Positions 50,406 to 61,540 of a DNA stretch of 64,000 bases are shown here, one piece after another. The DNA is taken from the NCBI GenBank assembly GCA_024679065.1, contig JAGIQG010000040.1:682001-746000 (forward strand), written 5' to 3'. Position 1 is the stretch's first letter. Each line of letters begins with the position of its first letter. The position numbers were made by a program, and so were the translations under genes. Below the pieces are notes generated by a model. That model searched no databases. It had not been told where the DNA came from and saw only the letters and a list, made by a program, of their open reading frames with translations. Source of the stretch: Sphyrna mokarran. Taxonomy: Eukaryota.

Positions 50406-53400
50406 GAAAACCAAGAGTGAAAATATCAAACCTGTTTCTCAGAACTCAACAGCTGCACATTGAGACATTCTGCTCAAAGACATTGGAGAATCAGAATGGG
50501 AGTAGACCATTTGGCCCCTCGATCCTGTTCTGTCATTCATTTCGACCATGGCTGATAGAAATATAGAAACTAGAAGCAGGAGGAGGCCCTTCAGCCCTTC
50601 GAGCCTGCTTTGCCATTCATTATGTTCATGGCTGATCTTCATTTCAATATCCTGATTCCCCCTTCCTCCCTTACCCCTTGATCTCTTTAGCCCCAAGAGT
50701 GATATCTAATTCCTTTTTGAAATTACACATCATTTTGGTAGTGAATTCTATATATTTGCCACCCTCTGGGTGAAGACATTTCTCCTCACATCAGTTCTAA
50801 AAGTTTTACCCCTTATTCTCAAACTATGACCCCTAGTTCTGGGCACCCCCCACCACTAGGAACATTCTTTCTGAATCTAACCTGTCTAAGTTTATAAGTT
50901 TCTGTGAGATCCCTTCTCACTCTTCTAAACTCCAGTGAATATAATCCTCACCAACTTAGTCTCTCCTCATATAACGGACCTGCCATCCCAGGAATCAGCC
51001 TGGTAAATCTTCTCTGTGCTCCCTCTACAGCTAGGAGCATCCTTCCTCAGATAAGGACAGCAAAATTGCACACGATATCCAGCTGTGGCCTCACCAATGC
51101 CTCAGATAAGGACAGCAAAATTGCACACAATATCCAGCTGTGGCCTCACCAATGCCCTACACAATTGTATTTGTACCTTGAAGAAATACTTAGATGGGCG
51201 CAAGAACAGAATGGGAATGGAGGGGTATAGAAAACTGATTTAAAATAGGGATCATGAGCCTTGGGAGTCCCTGGGAAGTGTGTAAATAGATGATGATATT
51301 GATGTACTTGTTTTTATCCTACAGGTGCTTTGGTCCACCTTGTTGTCTAACGAGGGACATACACACGATGGGTCGTGAGAGGGCTGCTCTTGGATTTTTT
51401 TCGAGAGTATCCTAGTGCTTCACGTCGTCAGTGTACGCTTGACCTGGACCATTTGATGGGCAACACGACAGCTCAGTGACTATCGCTGTGCTGTGCAGAT
51501 ACATGGATTTGGGGCTGTGTCTGTGGGAGTTTGCGCATTCTCCCCGTGCTTGCGTGGGTTTTCTCCGGGTGCTCCGGTTTCCTCCCACATCCCAAAGATG
51601 TGCTCTTAGGCTAATTGGCAAAACAAATTCTCCCTAAATTGTCTCAAATTTGGTTTTTAATCCATAGATCTATAAACGTGGACAGGGATCGCGGGTAGAG
51701 GTGGGAACTTCGGGGTGGCGGCGCGGGCTCGTTGGGCCGAAGGGCCTGTTTCCCGCGCTGTTTTATTCTTTGTTCATTGTTTTTTGTTTTTTGACTCCAT
51801 TTAACTGCCTTGTTTCTGGATCCTTCAATTCTTGTACTTTAACCAAATTCTGTCAATCACAATATTGAATTTTTCAGTTCACCTTCCAGTCTGAATATCG
51901 TTTCAGGTTTGAGATTTCCAGATGTTCACTGTGCTTTGTGTGAAGAAATACTTCCTGAAATCACCTCTCAACCACCTGGCTCAGAGTTTTGGATTCTGTT
52001 CACTTATTCTCAACAACCCACAGCAAAGAGATAGTTTCTCTCAATGTACCCCAGCAAATCTTTTCAATTAGATAGTCCTTTAATCTTCTATTTTGATTTG
52101 ATTTGATTTATTATTAACATACAGTGAAACATACTGTTTCTTAGTGCTATACAGACAAAGCAAACCGTTCATAGACAAGGAAAGGAGAGGGTGCAGAATG
52201 TAGTGATACAGGCATAGCTCGGCTGTAGAGAAAGATCAACTTAATGTGAGGTATATCCTTTCGAAAGTCTGACAGCAGCAGGGAAGAAGCTGTTCTTGAG
52301 TCAGTTGGTATGTTTGTATCTTTTTTCCCAAAGGAAGAAAGTGGGAGAGCAAATGTCTGGGATGCATGGGGCGGAGGGTCCTTCATTATGCCGGCTGCTT
52401 TACCAAAGCAGCGGGAAGTGTAGACAGAGTCAATGGATGGGAGGCTGGTTTGTGTGATGGACTGGGCTAGATTTACAAATCTTTTGCAATTCCTTGCGGT
52501 CTTGGGCAGAGCAGGAGCCCAGACCAAGCTGTGATACAACCAGAAAGAATGCTTTCTACGGGGCATCTGTAAAAGTTGGTGAGAGTCGTAGCAGACATGT
52601 CAAATTTCCTTAGTCTTCTGAGAAAGTAGAGGCGTTGGTGGGGCTTTCTTAACTATAGTGTCACATGGTGGGGTGGTGGGTGGGTGGGTGGGGTGGTGGG
52701 GGGGAGGGGGGGGGGGGATGGTGGGGTAGTACCAGGACAGGTTGTTGGTGATCTGGACACCTAAAAACTTGAAGCTCCTGACCCTTTCTACTTTGTCACC
52801 GGAGCATGTTCTCCTTTACTCTATTTCCTATATTTGAGGGAATACAAGTCTAATCAATGTAGCCTGTCCTCAGAATTTAACCCTTTCTGCCTGGGCACCA
52901 TTCTGGTAAATCCCACTCCAAACCCAGTACATTCTTCCTGAGCTGTGGTGCCCAGAACTGAACACAATTCTACACAAGTGATCGAACCAGAACCCTATTA
53001 AACTGGAGCATGGAGTCCACCTCTTTGTGTTCCAATGTTCATCACCAGAGACTGCACATTGAGAGATTCTGTTCAAATCTGCTCTAATGATTAATTAAAA
53101 CCTTCCAGTTATCTCTCACATATAAAGTATGAGGAATGACTGAGGTCTCTGGGTCTGTACTTGTTGGGAGTTTAGAAGGATGAGGGGGGGGATCTTATTG
53201 AAATTTACAGGATAGAGTGGATGTGGAGAGGAAAACTCGAACCAGAGAGGGCACAACCTCAGGCTAAAGGGACGATCCTTTAAAACAGAGATGAGGAGAA
53301 ATTTCTTCAGCCAGAGAGTGGGGAATGTGTGGAACTCTTTGCCGCAGAGGAGGCCAGGTCACTGAGTGTCTTGAAGATAGAGATAGACATGCTCTTGATT

Positions 53401-54149
53401 AATAAGAGGATCAGGGTGATGAGGAAAAGGCAGGAGAATGGGGATGAGAAAAATATCAGCCATGATTGAATGGTAAGCAGAATCAATGGGCCGAGTGGCC
53501 TCATTCTGCTCTTGTGTCTCATAAACTTTCCACCTTTCCCCTAGTGTCTGACAGGATTGGTCAGTTAACACTGCTGCCTCACAGCGCCAAGGACCCGTAT
53601 TTGATTCCTGGCTTGGGTTACTGTCTGTATGGAGTTTGCCTATGTCTGCATGGGTTCCCTGCAGATGCTCTGGTTTCCTCACACAGTCTGAAAGACATGC
53701 TGGTTAGGGTGCATTAGCCCTGCTAAATTCTCCCTCAGCGTTACAAGAACAGGTGCTGGAGTGTGGTGAAGAGGAGATTTTCACAGTAACTGTAGTGCTG
53801 ATGTAAGCCTACTTGTGCCACTAATTAATAAACTTTTAAATCTTTTTTGAATATTTATTTCAATTAGCTTTGCAAAGTGACATTCTCTGTGACTGTGACC
53901 TCGGTGCACTGTCCTCCCTCATCCTGCTGAACAAGTCTGCAGCCTTTCATGCCACTAACCACATCATCATCATCATCCTCCAATGTCTGTTCTTCATTGT
54001 CCAGCAGAGTGGGACTGCCTTCGCCTCGTTCCACTTCTACCTGTCCAGTTGTAGCCAGAGAATCACCTCCATGTGCCTTCCCTTCCTGCCTTGACACCAT
54101 TAACTGTGGAGTCCCTCCAATTGACAGTTATCTTAAATCTGTCCTCTCT

Positions 54150-56090
54150 GGAGTCAGGATAAATGGCTCTTTATCTGGTTGGGAAGGTGGAGCTATTGGA
54201 GTGCCACAAAGCTCCGTCCTCAGGCCCCAACTCCTTACAATCAATATTAATGACTTGGATGCAGGAATGGTAGCTACCACAGCCAAATTTTCAGATGACA
54301 CTAAAATCGGGGCTGGGAGACTGCAATAATGAAATAAGAAGTTTGCAAATTAATATGGGTCGGTTAAGTGAATAGAGCAAAAGTTGACAAATGGAGTTTA
54401 ACATGGATAAGTGTGACATTATCCATTTTGGTAGGAAAAATACAAAGGCAAGTTGTTATCTAATTGGACATAAGCTTTGTAGTACCTCGATGCAGAGGGA
54501 TCTGGGTATCCTCATGCATGAATAGCAGAAAACCAGTGTGCAGGTACAGCAGGTAATGAGGATAATCTCTCTCTCAATGTCAACAAAACAAAGGAGATTG
54601 TCATGGATTTCAGGAAGCTTAAAGGAGAACATGCCCCTGCCTATATCAATGGGGATGAAGTAGAAAGGGTCAGGAGCTTCAGGTTTTTAGGTATGCAGCT
54701 CACCAACAACCTGTCCTGGTTCCCCCATGCTGACACTATAGTTAAGAAAGCCCACCAATGCCTCTACTTCCTCAGAAGACTAAGGAAATTTGGTACGTCT
54801 GCTACGACTCTCTCTAACTCTTACAGATGCACCATAAAAATTCTTTCTGGTTTGTATCACAGCTTGGTCTGGGCTCCTGCTCTGCCCAAGACCCGCAAGG
54901 AACTACAAAAGTGTCATGAATGTAGCCCCAATCCCATCACGCAAACCAGCCTCCCATCCACTGACTCTGTCTACACTTCCCGCTGCCTCGGGGAAAAGCA
55001 GCCGGTATAATTAAGGACACCCTCCCCCCCACGCACCCCGGACATTCTCTCTTCCATTTTCTTCTGTCAGGAAAAAGATACAAAAGTCTGAGGTCACGCA
55101 CTGACCGACTCAAGAACAGCTTCTTCCCTGCTGCTGTCAGACTTTTGAATGGACCCACCTCGCGTTGAGTTGATTTTTATCTACACCCCTCGCTGTGACT
55201 GTAACACTACATTCTGCATTGTCTTGTTTCCTTCTCTATGAATAGTATGCTTTGTCTGTATAGCGCACTAGAAACAATACTCTTCACTGTATGTTAATAC
55301 ATGTGATGATAATAAACCAAAAAAAATGTGAGGTTATCCATTTTGGTAGGAAAAATACAAAGGAGGTTGTTATCTAATTGGAGAGAAGCTGCGTGGTATC
55401 TCGATGCAGAGGGATCTGGGTGTCCTTGCGCATGAATCGTAGAAAAGTAGCGTGCAGGTACAGCAGGTAATGAAGAATGCAAATGAAATCTTGGCATTTA
55501 TTGTGAAAGGAATAGAATATAAAAGTAGTGAAGTGTTGCTGCTACTATACAAAGCATTAGTGAGACCGCACTGAGAATATTATGTACAGTTTGGGTCCCC
55601 TTACTTGAGAAGGAGAATAGTTACATTGGAGGCAGTTGAGAGGAGGTTCACGAGATTGATTCCAGGGGATGAGGAGTTTGTCTTGTGTAGAGACATTGGG
55701 CAGTTTAGGCCGATACTCCCTGGAGTTTAGAAGAATGAAAAGGGATCCCAAAATGATTGACAAAGTACACGTGGAGAGGATGCTTCCCCTTGTAGGACAA
55801 TCTTGAACTGGAGGTCATAGCTTTAGGATAAAAGGGAGCAAATTTGAAACAGAGATGAGGTTAAATTATTTCTCTCAAAGGGTGGGGAGTCGGTGGAATT
55901 CACTACCCCAGAGCATGGTAGGTGCTGGGACATCGAATAAATTTCAGGAAGAGGTGGGCTGATTTCTACTGAGTAATGGGTTGAAAGAGAACAGACAGGA
56001 GAGTGGAGTTGGGGCTGAGAGAAGCTCAGCCATGGTCATATCGAATGGTGGAGCCAGCTCGAGGGGCTTGATCCTTGTTCTATGTTCTTT
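54150..56090 (+). mobile_element. CR1 RT fragment interrupted by a Rex1-like fragment (54570-55320)
   Basis: GVPQSSVLRP and KFSDDTKIG reverse-transcriptase motifs; CR1 sequence resumes at about 55330. Confidence 0.82.
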
Positions 56091-56119
56091 GTTTTTTATA
56101 GGGACAAGTGCTGTGGCAG

Positions 56120-56640
56120 GTTTACGAGTCTGCCCCCCATGGGCCCTCTGCTCCTTTGGAGGAGATTGGGACTTTCTCCATGTAGTCTCTCGCACTCGGC
56201 TCGACAGAAGGAGAATGAACAGATGACTCTGGTTCAACAATCAGGCTGTAACCTGGCTCTCTCGATGAGTGCAGCATCTCTGTCCACTTATATAGACCGT
56301 TTGGTAGGCTGATTCTGTGTAGAAACTCGAGCGCATCTGTTCCATTGCACTGAACCATGTTTGGTTTGAACGAGGTGGGATGGCAGACGTGGAGTCCATT
56401 CCACCTCTTGTCCATAATGTAATAGGTCCCAGATCCAAACTGGCTCTTCTGACTGGAGGTTTGGAGTGTTTATCACAGCTCCACACTTGACTGGAACGAT
56501 GTTCGTCCTCCTTCTCCTTCAATTTTTCCAAGTTATCGTAATGTAAGCGTGGCACGTGGGTGAGTTAGGTGTTGATTTCCCCAGTCACCTTTCCATGGAG
56601 ATAGGACTATTCTATTTGGAGTGGAATTGAACTCTTGAAA
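56120..56640 (-). mobile_element. Degenerate Ty3/Gypsy LTR-retrotransposon integrase C-terminal fragment
   Basis: Frameshifted LEKLKEKEDEHR / PNLQSEEPVWIWD / PSHLVQTKHGSVQWNR resembles the Gypsy pol C-terminus (PVW.RD...PRSYLV.T..G.VRRNR). Confidence 0.6.
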
Positions 56641-56954
56641 GTATTCATTGGCCAATGGTGGTCCTGTGTTGGTAGGGGATTTTCACAGTAACTTCACTAC
56701 AGTGTGAATAGAAGCCTACTTTGTGACTAATAAATAAAACTTTAACCTTTAGATGAATTTGCAAGGTCTGGGATTTCATGTGTCACACAAATTTCAACAA
56801 CATTATGATTTGATTGGATTTGATTTATTCTTGTCACATGTATTGGGATACAATGAAAAGTATTGGTCCCTGCGCTATACAGACAAAGCATACCGTTCAT
56901 AGAGAAGGAAAGGAGAGAGTGCAGAATGTAGTGTTACAGTCACAGCTAGAGTGC

Positions 56955-58295
56955 ACAGTGTACAGGGAGCTTTACTCCGTATCTAATCCCATCCTGTACC
57001 TGTCCTGGGAGTGTTTGATGGGGGTAAAGTGTAGAGGGAGCTTTACTCTGTATCTAATCCCGTGCTGTACCTGTCCTGGGAGTGTTTGATGCGGGGACAG
57101 TGTAGAGGGAGCTTTACTCTGTATCTAACCCCGTGCTGTACCTGTCCTGGGAGTGATTGATGGGGGACAGTGTAGAGGGAGTTTACTCTGTATCTAAACC
57201 CGTGCTGTACCTGTCCTGGGAGTGTTTGATGGTGGGGACAGTGTAGAGGGAGCTTTACTCTGTATCTAACCCCGTGCTGTACCTGTCCTGGGAGTGTTTC
57301 ATGGGGGGACAGTGTAGAGGGAGCTTTACTCTGTATCTAACCCCGTCCTGTACCTGTCCTGGGAGTGTTTGATGGGGGGACAGTGTAGAGGGAGCTTTAC
57401 TCTGTATCTAACCCCGTGCTGTACCTGTCCTGGGAGTGTTTGATGGGGGGACAGTGTAGAGGGAGCTTTACTCTGTATCAACCCCGTGCTGTACCTGTCT
57501 GGGAGTGCTTGATGGGGGGGACAGTGTAGAGGGAGCTTTACTCTGTATCTAACCCCGTGCTGTACTTGTCCTGGGAGTGTTTGATGGGGACAGTGTAGAG
57601 GGAGCTTTGCTCTGTATCTAACCCCGTGCTGTACCTGTCCTGGGAGTGTTTGATGGGGGAAGTGTAGAGGGAGCTTTACTCTGTATCTAATCCCGTGCTG
57701 TACCTGTCCTGGGAGTGTTTGATGCGGGGACAGTGTAGAGGGAGCTTTATTCTGTATCCAACCCAGTGCTGTACCTGTCCTGGGAGTGTTTGATGGGGGG
57801 ACAGTGTAGAGGGAACTTTACTCTGTATCTAACCCCGTGCTGTACCTGTCCTGGGAGTGTTTGATGGGGACAGTGTAGAGGGAGCTTTACTCTGTATCTA
57901 ACCCCGTGCTGTACCTGTCCTGGGAGTGTTTGATGGGGGGACAGTGTAGAGGGAGCTTTACTCTGTATCTAACCCCGTGCTGTACCGTCCTGGGAGTGTT
58001 TGATGGGGGGACAGTGTAGAAGGAGCTTTACTCTGTATCTAACCCCGTGCTGTACCTGTCCTGGGAGTGTTTGATGGGGGACAGTGTAGAAGGAGCTTTA
58101 CTCTGTATCTAACCCCGTGCTGTACCTGTTCTGGGAGTGTTTGATGGGGGACAGTGTAGAGGGAGCTTTACTCTGTATCTAACCCTGTGCTTTACCTGTC
58201 CTGGGAGTGTTCGATGGGGGGACAGTGTAGAGGGAGCTTTACTCTGTATCTAACCCCGTGCTGTACCTGTCCTGGGAGTGTTTGATGGGGACGGT
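56955..58295. repeat. ~69-bp minisatellite
   Basis: Tandem GGGGACAGTGTAGAGGGAGCTTTACTCTGTATCTAACCCCGTGCTGTACCTGTCCTGGGAGTGTTTGAT, about 19 copies. Confidence 0.97.
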
Positions 58296-58456
58296 GTGAA
58301 GAGATTGCAGAAAACATAAATTGTTTGCGTTAAATAAAATGGAAATTTGGGAGATTGCGATATTTGAATTAAGTTTGAATTATCGCTTCTTAAATTTCTA
58401 AAGCAGCCATCCTCATTTACTAGAAGCACACTGACTATTTGTCTTTAACATCTGAC

Positions 58457-58645
58457 AGATGTCCGAAACTCGGCGATATCATCAAGACAAGTTCCTTCTC
58501 CTTCCAGTTCCCCTCAGAGAGCAGAATCAGATTTAATCTGACCAGGGGGACCTCCCAGAGGGACTTTGTTACTAAAAAGAATAAGCACAGCACTTTAAAT
58601 ATGGAAATACCGTTCTGATATTGTACCTTGCACCAATAAACAGGT
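58457..58645 (+). other. Putative 3'-terminal exon remnant of an unidentified gene, copy 2
   Basis: tctgacAG|ATGTCCGA; AATAAA at 58635-58640; homologous to 50215-50405 in inverted orientation. Confidence 0.45.
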
Positions 58646-58696
58646 TTATATTTACCCAAAGGTGACAGACTGGAAGAACTGAAACTCATGGTCAGA

Positions 58697-59660
58697 AGAT
58701 GTTGCAATTGTATAGAACGTTGGTTAGGCCTCACTTGGAATACTGCGTCCAGTTCTGGTCGCCGTACTATTGGAAGGATGTGGAGTCCTTGGAGAGAGTG
58801 CAGAGGAGGTTTACCAGGATGCTGCCTGGTATGGAAGGACTGTCTTATGAGGAACGATTAAATAGACTGGGGTTGTTTTCCCTTGAAAGACGTCGGCTTA
58901 GATGGGATCTAATAGAGGTGTATAAGATTATAAGGGGTATAGATAGAGTAAATGGTGGTAAACTTTTTCCACTTTCAGAAATGGATAGGACAAGGGGTCA
59001 TGGCCTTAGGGTGAGGGGGGCTATGTATAAGACGAATATTAGAGGGCAGTTTTTCACACAAAGGGTAGTGGGGGTGTGGAATGCACTGCCGAGTAAGGTG
59101 GTGGGAGCAGGCACGCTGGGGATGTTTAAGGGTCTCTTGGACAGCCACATGAGCGTTATGCAGATAGAGGGATATAGTAGGACTGTTTAACTATGGCTTT
59201 TTTTTCCACAGGTAATTCGGTCCATACTTGACCAACAAGGAGCATGCATTCGGCAGGTGGTGCGAGGACAGCTCTTGGATGTTGATTCATGCGTTGCCTG
59301 GTGCTTCATGTCGTAAATGAGTGCTTTATCTGACCATCTGAAGGGCACCATGACAGCTCAGTGACTATCGCTGTAGCTGTGCAGACACTTGGAATTGGAC
59401 CGGTGTCTGCGGGAGTTTGCGCGTTCTCCCCGTGGTTGCGTGGGTTTTCTCCGGGCGCTCCGGTTTCCTCCCAGATCCCAAAAAATTCGCTCTTAGGCTG
59501 ATTGGGATACAAATTGTCCCTACATTGAGACTCTTCCATATTAGGAATAACCTAAAATTAGAATAGGATAATGAAATTGTTACTATATAGTTATGACGGC
59601 GGCGCGGGCTCGTTGGGACGAAGGGCCTGTTTCCCGTGCTGTGTTGCTCTAAAAAAAAAG
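58697..59660 (+). mobile_element. Young CR1 LINE 3' portion with a long 3' UTR containing a V-SINE core
   Basis: Open ORF 58699-59190 to its natural stop, ~470-nt UTR, CR1 tail and oligo(A). Confidence 0.85.
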
Positions 59661-59839
59661 TTGGACAACATAAAGACTTTATTTTCACCTCTGAGCAACC
59701 TCTAAGATGCAACAGACATTCAGATTCTTCTTTACACATGCTCTGAGGAAGGTATGGGTAAGAAATTAGGTTATTGAGAGGGGAGTTTCATTATCTCCAA
59801 TTGACAACTTATCAGAAGCAGAGTGTGGAAAATCTACAG

Positions 59840-60680
59840 GAACACAGTGACAGTGTGGGACTGTACACAGAGTGAGGGAACTGTACACAAACACAGTGAG
59901 AGTGCGGGACTGTACACAGAGTGAGGGAACTGTACACAAACACAGTTACAGTGTGAAACTATACACAGAGTGAGGGAACTGTACACAAACACAGTGACAG
60001 TGTGGGACTGTACACAGAGTGAGGGAACTGTACACAAACACAGTGAGAGTGTGGGACTGTACACAGAGTGAGGGAACTGTACACAAACACAGTGACAGTG
60101 TGGGACTGTACACAGAGTGAGGGAACTGTACACAAACACAGTGAGAGTGTGGGACTGTACACAGAGTGAGGGAACTGTACACAAACACAGTGAGAGTGTG
60201 GGACTGTACACAGAGTGAGGGAACTGTACACAAACACAGTGAGAGTGTGGGACTGTACACAGAGTGAGGGAACTGTACACAAACACAGTGAGAGTGTGGG
60301 ACTGTACACAGAGTGAGGGAACTGTACACAAACACAGTGAGAGTGTGGGACTGTACACAGAGTGAGGGAACTGTAACAAAACAGTGAGAGTGTGGGACTG
60401 TACACAGAGTGAGGGAACTGTACATAAACACAGTGAGAGTGTGGGACTGTACACAGAGTGAGGGAACTGTACACAAACACAGTGAGAGTGTGGGACTGTA
60501 CACAGAGTGAGGGAACTGTACACAAACACAGTGAGAGTGTGGGACTGTACACAGAGTGAGGGAACTGTACACAAACACAGTGACAGTGTGGGACTGTACA
60601 CAGAGTGAGGGAACTGTACACAAACACAGTTACAGTGTGGGACTGTACACAGAGTGAGGGAACTGTACATAAACACAGTG
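59840..60680. repeat. 49-bp minisatellite containing a 12-RSS-like motif
   Basis: Tandem ACAGTGAGAGTGTGGGACTGTACACAGAGTGAGGGAACTGTACACAAAC, about 17 copies. Confidence 0.96.
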
Positions 60681-61540
60681 ACAGTGTTGAGACTGTACAC
60701 AGGGTGAGGGAACACGGTTAGTATGTGACAGTGTTGAGACTGTACACAGGGTGAGGGAACACGGTTAGTACGTGACAGTGTTGAGACTGTACACAGGGTG
60801 AGGGAACACGGTTAGTACGTGACAGTGTTGAGATTGTACACAGGGTGAGGGAACACAGTTAGTACGTGACAGTGTTGAGACTGTACACAGGGTGAGGGAA
60901 CACAGTTAGTACGTGACAGTGTTGAGACTGTACACAGGGTGAGGGAACACGGTTAGTACGTGACAGTGTTGAGACTGTACACAGGGTGAGGGAACACGGT
61001 TAGTACGTGACAGTGTTGAGACTGTACACAGGGTGAGGGAACACAGTTAGTACGTGACAATGTTGAGACTGTACACAGGGCGAGGGAACACGGTTAGTAC
61101 GTGACAGTGTTGAGACTGTACACGGGGTGAGGGAACACGGTTAGTACGTGACAGTGTTGAGACTGTACACAGGGTGAGGGAACACGGTTAGTACGTGACA
61201 GTGTTGAGACTGTACACGGGGTGAGGGAACACGGTTAGTACGTGACAGTGTTGAGACTGTACACGGGGTGACGGAACACGGTTAGTACGTGACAGTGTTG
61301 AGACTGTACACGGGGTGAGGGAACACGGTTAGTACGTGACAGTGTTGAGACTGTACACAGGGTGATGGAACACGGTTAGTACGTGACAGTGTTGAAACTG
61401 TACACGGGGTGAGGGAACATGGTTAGTACGTGACAGTGTTGAGACTGTACACGGGGTGAGGGAACACGGTTAGTACGTGACAGTGTTGAGACTGTACACA
61501 GGGTGAGGGAACACAGTTAGTATGTGACAGTGTTGAGACA
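60681..61540. repeat. 47-bp minisatellite related to the adjacent 49-bp array
   Basis: Tandem GACAGTGTTGAGACTGTACACAGGGTGAGGGAACACGGTTAGTACGT, about 18 copies. Confidence 0.96.

Noticed and set aside
59834-60715. Repetitive Cys/His-rich ORFs (also 46236-46899 and 41956-43405)
   Set aside because: Translations of tandem repeats open in several frames, with no splice or domain support.
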